Origin: Candidatus Iainarchaeum sp.
GTDB lineage: Archaea; Iainarchaeota; Iainarchaeia; Iainarchaeales; JAFCCJ01
DNA length: 30,821 bases
Assembly: GCA_043816965.1 (NCBI GenBank)
Contig: JBDRHK010000072.1
Coordinates: 1 to 30,821, forward strand
Direction of reading: 5' to 3'
This document shows, piece after piece, positions 16,534 through 25,650 of this stretch. The notes beneath the pieces were generated by a model that was not told where the DNA came from, made no database searches, and was given only the letters and a program-made list of their open reading frames with translations. Position 1 is the stretch's first letter, and each line of letters begins with the position of its first letter. Position numbers and translations under genes: made by a program.

Positions 16534-19500
16534 ATGAAAGGTTTGAGCATAAAAAAGCTAGCAGCTGTAGGAATTGGAGCAGCTCTAGTAGGCACAGCCT
16601 TAGCGCCAATGGTTTCGGCGGCATTAAGCCTACAAAAGTCCGATATCTATGGAGCAAGTGGTTCCCCCAATGTGAGCATTATTGTTGGATCTGACGCACA
16701 GGTCAGCGATGGTGTTTGGGCAGGAAACATTGCTGCAAAGATTGCTGAGAAAGCTACTATGACAAAAACAGTCTCAGTTTCCGGCTCTCCAGGAGAGGGT
16801 GGAGGCTCAGACGCGTCAGTAAGCGGTCTTAGCGTGGACTTGACTATAGGTGGAACCGTCAGCTATGGTGCTGGGTCTAAACAATACAAGATAAATCTAA
16901 ATTCAACGGCAGGAAGGTCGGAAGTTGATGCAGCTAACGATACAAATGCATTGACAAATGCACAACTCCCTCACCTGTACAATCAATCCTTGTCTCAGAA
17001 AGTCAACGGTGTTACCACAACCCCGACCATTCAGGAGAAGATCGGTGTTGAGGTCGATGCAAAGTTTGACAAGGTTGACCACAAAGACCTTGTTGCGTTC
17101 ATTAACAACAGCAAGTTCTACTACGAGGCGAAATTGGGCTCAACAGGTATTGATTTGAATGGGACAACATTCTCCGATTCAGGATCTGACGATGCAGTCA
17201 AAATTATCCTGTTCGGTGAGCAGTACAGCCTAAGTAGCGCCACTCTGAGCGGCACAAAGTACTTGAAAATGGTCAAGACAAGCGCCAAAGAGTCATATAA
17301 CGAGGGAGAGACTATCACCGGCTTGGTCGGTGCAGGGCTCTATGACGGACAAGATGTAACCGTTAAGCTCGTTCAGATAACGCAGGCAGGTGCGGCAGCA
17401 GCAACATATAGTGCGACCTTTGAGCTCTATGATTCAAGCGGCACAAAGATTGACACACAGACTATTGCAGCAAATGCCAATCTGAAAGACTCGTTTGTTG
17501 ATTCAAACGACGACTATTCACTGCAGAGCAATCTGTATGTTGATACAATTGCCGTGGGTGCAACAACCGCCTCAGGTTATGTTGAAGTAACCAAGGGCAC
17601 CGATACAGTCGAGATGTATGATACTAAAGGGTATCCATACGACTCAACAGACACAAGCGGAATCTATGACTACACAGTCACCATAACCACAAGCGGAAAC
17701 TACCTGCAGAAGATAAAGGTCCAGAACTCAAGAGATACCTGGAATAATTCATCTACAGGAAATGGTCCGCTATTCCCGACAGCCGCTGGGCAGTCACTTA
17801 CAGGAAATACGGGCAATTCAGCCGTTTTCGGTCAGTCTTTGGCTGACGGAACATTGGGAAAGGGCTATGCAAGTGTGGAGTATTATGGATTCGAAGCTAA
17901 CCAGGAAAAAACCGTTATCGAGTTTGGCCAGAATGTTACCGGGCTTGATTCAACTGCAGCAGCAGGCGGACTGGCTTTCAGGGGAGCTGATGACACATCA
18001 CACAACCTCCCATTCTACCTGAAAGTAAATAACCCTGGCTTGAGCGGAAGTTCCTTCCTTTTCGATACCAAGACAATCTGGTATAAGATAGATGATGGAA
18101 CCCAGTCCTCAAATACCGACCTCAATATAACTGTAGCTGAGGGAGACTATGTCAACGGTGTTGCATGGACAACAATCGACTACAATGGCAGCTATGGCAA
18201 CTTCGAAGACCTGAACATAACAACTACTGACGGGATTCTGGATACAAACTCCTTTTTTGGAGGAAATTCTGCAGATACTAGGATCTCAATCGGCGACGTC
18301 AATTACACAATACTTGGCGCTGCGTCAGACAGAGTCTTCATAAAGCCAGATGCATGGATTGAGTTCAGGCAGCAAGGCAGTACGGGAACATTAATCAACA
18401 ACGTATCTGGAGATGAGGCGGACGAAACCTATGGTAAGTTGTTGTACAACTTCAACGTGGTTCACGATGTCAACGTCACCGCAAATAACATAAACCTGAA
18501 AGGCAATGGGGAAAGGATTTTCAACTATGCCTTCAAGGATCCGAGAGACGCCAACACATCCATACCAGATGTATATCTGATGCTGGATAACCAGCAATTG
18601 GGTGGCGCAGCTGAAGGATACCTCATACAGAATAACAAAGCTATTTCCTACTTGGGAACAGCAATACCGGCGAACGACGGAACATACACAGAGACATGGG
18701 ATAGGGACTTATCGGCCTTTATTCCTAAAACTAGCGACTTCAACACACTCGCAAATGTCTACACAGATCCAAATGCCTACCTTATCTCAACTTTCATAGT
18801 TGATGATGAAGTAAGCCTAGGCGACTTCAACGTCTATGTCGACAACTCTGATGGAGGAAATGTTGGTCCATTTACAAACTCCAACCTTACCTTCTTCACA
18901 AAGGACGTCGATTACAACGGAACTCAGTTGTCATGGAATCTGCAATCGGGAACAGTCTCAAACTACATCCAAGCAGCATACACCGATGCAGGAACCAAGG
19001 TAGAGTTGCTTGATGACGACGCAGGCGTGAAGCTGACCATCCCGGAGAATCTGGAGCAATCAATACTCTATGTTCTCGGAACGGAAGTTGCGACAACCGC
19101 AAGCGGCGAGCAGATAAGCATCTTGGACGGAGAAACAGGAATAACCTCAGTCGGAACCACCATAATGGTAGATGCCATTAACTATACGGCAAGCTGCAGT
19201 GGTGGAAGCGGGGCCGCAGGAACCTGTACCGCAACTCCAACAACCTACCAGGCACCAGCACCAGTCTCAAGACTGATACATCTGGATGTTGACAATGTCA
19301 CAGGCAAGAAAATAATTGTCGGTGGACCTATAGTCAACAGCGTGGCAGCAAGCGTTAGCGGATTGGCCGATAGGCTGACCGCAGCAGGCGACACCGTTGC
19401 AGAGGTTGCAGCATCTGGAGATATAATCATCGCAGGTTATAATGCCGGCGATACCCAGAGAGCAGCACAGGACCTCATCAACGCAATCGACAACCTGTAA
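16534..19500 (+). CDS. S-layer protein (Methanococcales/Thermococcales-type N- and C-terminal domains)
   Basis: Signal MKGLSIKKLAAVGIGAALVGTALA. N-domain IIVGSDA..SD...AGNIAAKIA. C-domain IIVGGPIVNS...IIIAGYNAGDT.RAA..LI. More than a dozen N-x-S/T sequons, strong SD and a terminator. The real start is ATG 16534, not GTG 16387. Confidence 0.9.
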   Translation: MKGLSIKKLAAVGIGAALVGTALAPMVSAALSLQKSDIYGASGSPNVSIIVGSDAQVSDGVWAGNIAAKIAEKATMTKTVSVSGSPGEGGGSDASVSGLSVDLTIGGTVSYGAGSKQYKINLNSTAGRSEVDAANDTNALTNAQLPHLYNQSLSQKVNGVTTTPTIQEKIGVEVDAKFDKVDHKDLVAFINNSKFYYEAKLGSTGIDLNGTTFSDSGSDDAVKIILFGEQYSLSSATLSGTKYLKMVKTSAKESYNEGETITGLVGAGLYDGQDVTVKLVQITQAGAAAATYSATFELYDSSGTKIDTQTIAANANLKDSFVDSNDDYSLQSNLYVDTIAVGATTASGYVEVTKGTDTVEMYDTKGYPYDSTDTSGIYDYTVTITTSGNYLQKIKVQNSRDTWNNSSTGNGPLFPTAAGQSLTGNTGNSAVFGQSLADGTLGKGYASVEYYGFEANQEKTVIEFGQNVTGLDSTAAAGGLAFRGADDTSHNLPFYLKVNNPGLSGSSFLFDTKTIWYKIDDGTQSSNTDLNITVAEGDYVNGVAWTTIDYNGSYGNFEDLNITTTDGILDTNSFFGGNSADTRISIGDVNYTILGAASDRVFIKPDAWIEFRQQGSTGTLINNVSGDEADETYGKLLYNFNVVHDVNVTANNINLKGNGERIFNYAFKDPRDANTSIPDVYLMLDNQQLGGAAEGYLIQNNKAISYLGTAIPANDGTYTETWDRDLSAFIPKTSDFNTLANVYTDPNAYLISTFIVDDEVSLGDFNVYVDNSDGGNVGPFTNSNLTFFTKDVDYNGTQLSWNLQSGTVSNYIQAAYTDAGTKVELLDDDAGVKLTIPENLEQSILYVLGTEVATTASGEQISILDGETGITSVGTTIMVDAINYTASCSGGSGAAGTCTATPTTYQAPAPVSRLIHLDVDNVTGKKIIVGGPIVNSVAASVSGLADRLTAAGDTVAEVAASGDIIIAGYNAGDTQRAAQDLINAIDNL

Positions 19501-19506
19501 ATGTTC

Positions 19507-19544
19507 AAAAAATAGGTCGCAAGACCTATTTTTTTCTTTTTTTT
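19507..19544 (+). terminator. Hairpin plus T-tract terminator of the S-layer gene
   Basis: AAAAAATAGGTC-GCAA-GACCTATTTTTT is a perfect 12-bp stem with a GNRA loop, followed by TCTTTTTTTT. Confidence 0.85.
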
Positions 19545-19622
19545 CACTCAACCCAGAATTCTTTACGTAAAAATCCTTGCCAATTAATTTCTTTTTTAAT
19601 CCTTTTGCAGCTGAAGAATCCT

Positions 19623-20240
19623 ATGAATAAAAACCAGCAGATTGTGGTAAGTGCAATTGTTATTTTGCTCATTCTCGCATTTGCATATATAATTTTTCAG
19701 GATATGAACAAAAGATATGAATATGAATTTGTGGAGGAGAATATTAAATTCGCCTCCAACTACAATCCTCCCGGGGAATACCTAATCTCATTGAAGAATG
19801 AAAATGAATTCATAATATCTCCTACATTTTATGAAAGAGGCCCTGCAACCGCAATTATGACCGGCTCCCTTGTCCTTTTCAACTCGATATTGATTGCAAA
19901 TGGAAAAGATGTTGTTACCTTGGGCAGGGTTGTTGATCCTGAGAATAACCTTCTTTACTGCCAAACCAATGAGGGGGATGTTTTGGTTAATGAGAAGATT
20001 GAGCTGGAAGAATGCAAAAATATGCTAAATACAGATGAAAAGGCAATTATCTTTATTGAGCTCCCAAATGAAAATCTCGATATTTCCGAGGCGATTCTGG
20101 AAAAAAACAGAATCACCATACGGCCAAACAGCTCTGACGAGGTATCAAGGGTTTCTTTCGTTGTTTTGAAAACAATGTATAGTGATTCTGAGGAAATTAT
20201 TGCCCAAATAAACGAGATTTTGGGCAAGATAAGCGTATAG
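19623..20240 (+). CDS. Hypothetical N-terminally membrane-anchored protein
   Basis: ATG 19623. TM segment IVVSAIVILLILAFAYIIF is followed by an acidic domain with two Cys. Confidence 0.65.
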   Translation: MNKNQQIVVSAIVILLILAFAYIIFQDMNKRYEYEFVEENIKFASNYNPPGEYLISLKNENEFIISPTFYERGPATAIMTGSLVLFNSILIANGKDVVTLGRVVDPENNLLYCQTNEGDVLVNEKIELEECKNMLNTDEKAIIFIELPNENLDISEAILEKNRITIRPNSSDEVSRVSFVVLKTMYSDSEEIIAQINEILGKISV

Positions 20241-20417
20241 AAAACTCACCTACTTAGGCCAGTTTATCGCATTTCAGTGGGTTTTATTGCGAAATTAAGG
20301 CATCAACCGGCAAAATTAATGCTTTGCCCTATGCAATCAAGATTGTTATAACCTGCTGCCCTAGGGGGGCTAAAACCAGAAACAACAGATGCAGGGCAGC
20401 CAACCAAAACCTTAGCA

Positions 20418-21665
20418 TTATTCACTTTTCATCAGCTCCCTAAGGACAGTTGTCGCATAATTTCCCTTATCCAAACTAAATGAAACAACTGCCTTTCTCT
20501 TTCCCTCATTCAAATCATCATCCTCAACTTTCAGCAATTTCAGGTTTTCCGGGAGCAGCACAATCTTTTTTCTCCCCCCTCTTGAACTCAATATATTCAT
20601 CTTTTTAACCTCAAAATTTTTAAGTTCAATACCCTCCTCCTCAAGCACCATTTTTTCAAGTTTTCCAAGCCTTCCCCCGGAAAAAATGGTTTCAAGCCCG
20701 AAAAGGGGCGCTGTCGGAACCCCATCCTCCAGAACATCCTCCTCCACCTTTCCCAAGCCAATCCCTGACTCAATCCGTTTATTAATCATCGTGTTGAAAA
20801 GATAGGACTGATATGCGTGCACAAACATATAACATAATGATTTGGGAAGCTTCCCCAGAGCGCCGACAAAATCATTTTTCGATTTTGAAAGATGGTCAAG
20901 TATTGCCCGCTCGTAACGGAACTTATGGGGAAATTCCTTAACTGCCTTTGAGAAATCGCCGGTCTTCGCCAAATTCAGCCTTGCATCCCTGATGGATTCC
21001 TCCTCCCCTGGAAAGGTTGATGTAAGGTAAAGCATAACCCCCTCCTCGAAATTTCCTTCCAGCAATTCCTTGCCCACCAAATGGGTAATGTTTCTTGCGC
21101 CCCCAAAGCGCTGCTCCCCGAAATAGTTTGCAATTCCATTTTCCATTTCCTTGAAACATTTTTTAATCCTCTTCTCAACTTCCTTCTTCTCCAAATCAAT
21201 ATTCCTCACAGTAATCTCAAAGTCATTCCCTTTTAGTTTCCCAAGTTCCATCCTCTCATCACCCCATTCGGCATCCCTGAGGTCAATATACCTTGAATCA
21301 AATTTTTTCAGCAGGTTCCAGTCAGGCTTGTAAATTGAAATTTTTTGCGCGGTAATTGCCCTCTTGTCCTTCATTCCAGCAAACCCAATTCTCTTCCTGC
21401 TTGTGCGCAAAAATCGGGTAATTCTTCTCACAGCTTCATGGGTATCTACATTGAATTTCTCCATTGTGAGAATTACCTGCTCCTTATCAGGGTGCAAAAC
21501 AGGCCAATCCTTTTCCAGATTTATTTTTTCATTGTCGCTGAAGGCCTTAATCTCGCAAACTTCCCCGTCAGGGGTGATTTCCTTAACCCTAAAATCGGCG
21601 ATTCTCCTCTTTATTTCCCCTCCAATCCCTGGAGTTTCTGTTGAGTAATGGTTTATCGATGGCAT
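20418..21665 (-). CDS. truD: tRNA pseudouridine(13) synthase TruD/Pus7
   Basis: Motifs DF.V.EI, GFAGMKDKRAITAQ, L.GN.F.I..R, NYFGEQRFG, FVHAYQSYLFN and F.L.KG.YAT.VLRELMK. Confidence 0.96.
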   Translation of the reverse strand: MPSINHYSTETPGIGGEIKRRIADFRVKEITPDGEVCEIKAFSDNEKINLEKDWPVLHPDKEQVILTMEKFNVDTHEAVRRITRFLRTSRKRIGFAGMKDKRAITAQKISIYKPDWNLLKKFDSRYIDLRDAEWGDERMELGKLKGNDFEITVRNIDLEKKEVEKRIKKCFKEMENGIANYFGEQRFGGARNITHLVGKELLEGNFEEGVMLYLTSTFPGEEESIRDARLNLAKTGDFSKAVKEFPHKFRYERAILDHLSKSKNDFVGALGKLPKSLCYMFVHAYQSYLFNTMINKRIESGIGLGKVEEDVLEDGVPTAPLFGLETIFSGGRLGKLEKMVLEEEGIELKNFEVKKMNILSSRGGRKKIVLLPENLKLLKVEDDDLNEGKRKAVVSFSLDKGNYATTVLRELMKSE

Positions 21666-21682
21666 TTTGAATCAGAAAAATT

Positions 21683-24427
21683 TTACTTATACCTTAAAAT
21701 TGCCCCTATTCCCCCAAAGCCCTTGAAGAACTGCTCTCCCTCAGGGGTGTCGGTTGAAATTATTTTCAGTTCTGCCCCGGTCTCGGCAGCCTTCTCAAGC
21801 ATAAAATCAAGGTAATCGGCATCCTCAAGAAGTTCAGTTTGGCCATTGCACTTTCCGCACTTTTCTCCCCCGGCCTCATAATTTGCGTCCTTAACCAGTT
21901 TCTCTTCCTGCAGGCCGCAGTTGTTGCACTGGAATTTTATAACTCCCCAATCAATTCCCTCAGAAAGCAGCAGTTCCTTAACCTTCCCAAGCTTAAGTGC
22001 CTCATTAACTTCTTTTTCTCCATATGCCGCAAGTTCATCCTTCGCAATTTGCTCCAAAAAATCATTTACAGCGCCCCTTTCTTTCATAAGGTCAGTATCC
22101 CGCAAAACCTCTTCACTTCTTTGCACAAGTTCCCTTATCCCTGATTCATCAGTGTATGAAATATCGACTGTTGAGATTATATTTTTCTTCAGCCTATGGT
22201 CAAGCAAGTCCCTGTTCAAAAAATAATTTTTTGTTATTCCTGGCCCCCCAATAATTAACCCCTTTAGTTTATCCCCGTATGGGAGAAATGCCAGGTTCAT
22301 CTTTTCACTCACCCTTTTGTAAAAGTCCTGGGCAGCCTCCTCCCTCAGGTGCTCGAAACGTTTGGCCGAATTGTGGACTAGTATGCCATTGGCAAGAAAG
22401 TTCTGCCTGCTGACTTCTATATCAGTCATTGGCACATGCTTTTTACATTTGGATATACTTTTTATTTTTACCGGAATTAACGGCCTTTCAAGTATTTTTT
22501 TAAACTGGGCAAAAAGTTTTTTATTTGACTTTACTTCGCCAATTATGGAGTTTTTGAATACCTCTTTACTCATAGATCTGCCATCCCTGAAAAAATTTGA
22601 GACTTTCGAGAAATTTTGCGTGTTCAGCCCCTCCCGCTCAAAGAGTTTCCTGATGAATTTGCCGCTTACAAGAACTTGCCTTACCTTACTTTTTCTATTC
22701 TCTGTCTTCTCTGTCAGTTTTTTGAGTTTTGCCTCCTTCTGTTTTGATGTAAAACCGATAAACCGGCCAAAAAGTTCTAAGGATTTTTTTTCAGTAATGT
22801 CAATGGTGAATCTATGGTTATCTGAGTAAGGGTTTCTATTTGAATCATATTCGTGAACAGAAGCAATTATTCCAAATCTTAGCAGTGCCAATTGTATCTG
22901 TATCGCGAGATTTTTGTTTATGATTCCAAGCCCAAGCCTCCCGGAAGTTACGTAGCCTTCTGCATCAAAAAAACCTTTCAGAAATCCCGCAAGCACCCCA
23001 TTTGGAGAGGCCAAGATATTCTGCGGAACAAGGGTTTCTTTCGCACTTTTTTTGCTAAAAAACTCATTTTTTATGAAGCGCACTATTGGTTTACCGGAAA
23101 CCCTCAATTGGTGGTAGTTTTTGCCTTCCCTGAATCTTAAACTCGTTTTTGCCCTGAATATTTTTCTGCATGATTTTTCGTAGAAATTGGCAATTTCTTG
23201 GGTTTGTTCGGAAAAACCAATCCTTTCATTTTCAAAATTGCCGTCTCCCAAAAAATAGCCCATTATTTGAGCAACTAATGGGCCAAGTTTTTCTGGCAAA
23301 ACTATGGTGCTCACCTGCGAGCAATAATTTCCAATAAATATTTCATGATCAATTTTTAGGGATTTACAGTAGTTTTTCAAAAACTCAAGTCTCGGGTTAA
23401 AATGGCTTATTTCAACTGCCGAAATAGTTGCTTGGTGCAATCCTGACAGTTTGCCAAGTTTTTTTTGTGAAAGTTTTGCCCCCTTTCTTGTATTGACCAA
23501 TAGTTTTATGCCTATATCGGATATTTTGTAGTTGTTAAAATAATTTGTTTTCAGTTTTTGTATTTTTCCTTTTGTATTTATTTTTTCAGGCATTAGTAAA
23601 GTGTCATTTTCTTTCAGTTCCCGTGCAGCCCTTTCCTTTATTTCGTTTTCTTCAAATATGAAAAAAGTGTGGTCGCCTGAAGATTCAACCGACATTCTTG
23701 GAAATTTTGTGGTTATCTGAATAGCTTGTTTTTTTGATTGCCACTTGTTTATAATTTGGGAATTTGTAATGCTAAAGTCTTCAAGATCTGCGGAAGTGAC
23801 CGTTAGTGGATTGTGCAGGTCTTTTATTTGAATTATTTTCCCATCCGCAAGTTGCACGAAGGTATCGTTTGCGAGGCATTGCCCCCCGGCCCTTGTCTTC
23901 CCCGCGACTCCTGAGGTGAATTTTCCCAAAATATCATATTTTTTCCCGACAAGGGCGGCAATTGTTGCCTCATTTTTATCGATTGTGACAAGCCCGTAAA
24001 TTTCGGAAGGTTTTGTCATCTCCTTTAGCGGAGCAAGATGGAACTTTGAATCACACCAATACAATTTCGTTTTCAAATCATTAATCGGCCTGATTGTGAA
24101 AAGCCTAATATCATTTCTTCCCTCAACAACAGAAACATTTCCCGCAAAAACAACCAGCCCCCTTTTTGGAATCTTGAAATTAATCTGCTTCAGGAAGTTG
24201 ATTATTTTCCTCAATGCCCCCTGCACATTTTTCCTTGTGCTGGGGCTCTTTATGTTCGAGCTCTGGCTGATTTCCTCTGTCAATTGCCCCATAACCGAAC
24301 TCCGGTCTGTTCCGAAGGGTATGTAAACCGTGATAAGTTCTGTCCCTTTGCCTTTGTGCTTGCTGAGTTTTTCCAGCTTTTTCTTGAACAGAACGATTTC
24401 TGACTGATTAACCTCGTCCAAATGCAT
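21683..24427 (-). CDS. prf1: Peptide chain release factor aRF1 precursor containing an intein (914 aa; spliced product 411 aa)
   Basis: Motifs G.GTELIT.YIP, SNIKS, YWCDSKF, GKTRAGGQ|...|SAKRFEHLR, IIGGPG.TK and EG.QF..GFGGIGAILRY. C-domain Zn ribbon CxxC...CxxC. Confidence 0.96.
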   Translation of the reverse strand: MHLDEVNQSEIVLFKKKLEKLSKHKGKGTELITVYIPFGTDRSSVMGQLTEEISQSSNIKSPSTRKNVQGALRKIINFLKQINFKIPKRGLVVFAGNVSVVEGRNDIRLFTIRPINDLKTKLYWCDSKFHLAPLKEMTKPSEIYGLVTIDKNEATIAALVGKKYDILGKFTSGVAGKTRAGGQCLANDTFVQLADGKIIQIKDLHNPLTVTSADLEDFSITNSQIINKWQSKKQAIQITTKFPRMSVESSGDHTFFIFEENEIKERAARELKENDTLLMPEKINTKGKIQKLKTNYFNNYKISDIGIKLLVNTRKGAKLSQKKLGKLSGLHQATISAVEISHFNPRLEFLKNYCKSLKIDHEIFIGNYCSQVSTIVLPEKLGPLVAQIMGYFLGDGNFENERIGFSEQTQEIANFYEKSCRKIFRAKTSLRFREGKNYHQLRVSGKPIVRFIKNEFFSKKSAKETLVPQNILASPNGVLAGFLKGFFDAEGYVTSGRLGLGIINKNLAIQIQLALLRFGIIASVHEYDSNRNPYSDNHRFTIDITEKKSLELFGRFIGFTSKQKEAKLKKLTEKTENRKSKVRQVLVSGKFIRKLFEREGLNTQNFSKVSNFFRDGRSMSKEVFKNSIIGEVKSNKKLFAQFKKILERPLIPVKIKSISKCKKHVPMTDIEVSRQNFLANGILVHNSAKRFEHLREEAAQDFYKRVSEKMNLAFLPYGDKLKGLIIGGPGITKNYFLNRDLLDHRLKKNIISTVDISYTDESGIRELVQRSEEVLRDTDLMKERGAVNDFLEQIAKDELAAYGEKEVNEALKLGKVKELLLSEGIDWGVIKFQCNNCGLQEEKLVKDANYEAGGEKCGKCNGQTELLEDADYLDFMLEKAAETGAELKIISTDTPEGEQFFKGFGGIGAILRYK
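22370..23878 (-). mobile_element. Class-1 intein (503 aa) with LAGLIDADG homing endonuclease and XRE-type HTH
   Basis: Block A CLANDTFVQLADG, block B VESSGDHTFF, LAGLIDADG motifs IMGYFLGDG and FLKGFFDAEG, block F/G MTDIEV...NFLANGILVHN followed by Ser+1. Removing it restores GGQSA.RF. Confidence 0.96.
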
Positions 24428-24470
24428 TCTAGAGCCTCGCGTAATATTTTAATATGGTAATCATTTATAT

Positions 24471-25307
24471 ATGGTAGGAGTTGATGGTGTGAGTTCTATT
24501 TTCGACATGTTCTCAGAGGCCTATGAGGAGCAAAAAACTGATGATGAAATGGAAAGAGGGCATGAACCGGAGGAGGAATATTCCTCCAGTACTGATTATT
24601 CCTATTCCCCCAAACCCGCAATTACCTATGTGATTTCTGTGGGTGGGTCAATTCTCATTGACCAGAAGCCGGATTATTTGATGATTGCAAAATTTGCAGA
24701 ATCAATTAACAAACTCTCTGATGAAGGATATAGGATTGTTCTAGTTGTCGGAGGGGGAAAGGTCTGCAGGAATTATGTCGCCGCCGCAAAATCACTGGGA
24801 GCCAATAATTTCCAGCTGGATGAATTGGGAATTACAATTACAAGGGCAAATGCCTCGCTTCTTTTGCCTGTAATCAACAATGCACACAAGGCAGTCCTGA
24901 CCGAAGTAAACCAGGCAAGGCCTGTTCTTGATGTTGGAAAAATCCCTGTTTTTGGCGGCCTGCATCCAGGAATTACAACTGATGCGGTTGCGGCGCTTCT
25001 CGCAGAGGCATTGGACGGAATTTTCATAAACCTGACAAATGTGGACGGGGTTTACTCCATGGACCCGAAAAAGCACCCGCATGCAAAATTCTATGATGAA
25101 ATAGCATATAATGAGCTTATTTCCCTGATGAAATTGGGGGAAAGCAAGCCGGCGCAAAATTTAGTTTTAGACCTCCCCTGCTGCCTCATCCTTAAAAGGA
25201 GCAAACTAAAGGGGATGGTAATGAACGGGACAGATTTGGACAATTTCGAGGCAGCAATCCGCGGAGGGGAATTTAAGGGGACTGTAATAGGGGACAAGAA
25301 TGAGTGA
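24471..25307 (+). CDS. pyrH: Uridylate kinase with an acidic N-terminal extension
   Basis: Motifs VISVGGS, VVGGG..CR.Y, D.LGI..TR.NA, GG..PG.TTDAVAALLAE, TNVDGVY..DPKK.P.A and GEF.GT. The start is uncertain (24471/24489/24507). Confidence 0.93.
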   Translation: MVGVDGVSSIFDMFSEAYEEQKTDDEMERGHEPEEEYSSSTDYSYSPKPAITYVISVGGSILIDQKPDYLMIAKFAESINKLSDEGYRIVLVVGGGKVCRNYVAAAKSLGANNFQLDELGITITRANASLLLPVINNAHKAVLTEVNQARPVLDVGKIPVFGGLHPGITTDAVAALLAEALDGIFINLTNVDGVYSMDPKKHPHAKFYDEIAYNELISLMKLGESKPAQNLVLDLPCCLILKRSKLKGMVMNGTDLDNFEAAIRGGEFKGTVIGDKNE

Positions 25308-25650
25308 GACTAAAACCGCGGAGATAATTTGGAAGATAGTTAGTCAGAAAGGATTTGCTAATTTAGATACTAAGATGGGTGATGAGCTTATATCAATTAT
25401 TGAAGCAAATAAGAAGGATTTTATTATATTGAAATTAGGGGGAACACGTTGTTTTACTGTTTCAGATGATTTTGTAAATAAACATGGTTTTAATGAAAGA
25501 CAAGAATACAAAACATTTCATGAAGGTCGCGAAGGGGCTTATTTACTTTTCCAAAAACAAGCTACGAACACCCCGCGCAAAAGAGCAAAGAAGACTTCTG
25601 GATCTCGAAAATCCAAGCCCATGGGCCGAAGCCCGAAACGCCCCCACTAA
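25300..25650 (+). CDS. Hypothetical protein with a basic C-terminal tail
   Basis: Overlaps the pyrH stop by 8 nt and fills the gap to dph2. Tail TPRKRAKKTSGSRKSKPMGRSPKRPH. Confidence 0.6.
   Translation: MSETKTAEIIWKIVSQKGFANLDTKMGDELISIIEANKKDFIILKLGGTRCFTVSDDFVNKHGFNERQEYKTFHEGREGAYLLFQKQATNTPRKRAKKTSGSRKSKPMGRSPKRPH

Noticed and set aside
20241..20417. tRNA, 5S rRNA or C/D-box RNA in the larger intergenic gaps (also 7777-8043 and 16202-16533)
   Set aside because: No T-loop GTTCRA cloverleaf, 5S motifs or paired C/D boxes were found by eye.
21683..24427. Possible stop-codon reassignment linked to the unusual aRF1
   Set aside because: The NIKS and YxCxxxF motifs are canonical, and TAA, TAG and TGA all end conserved genes at expected lengths here.
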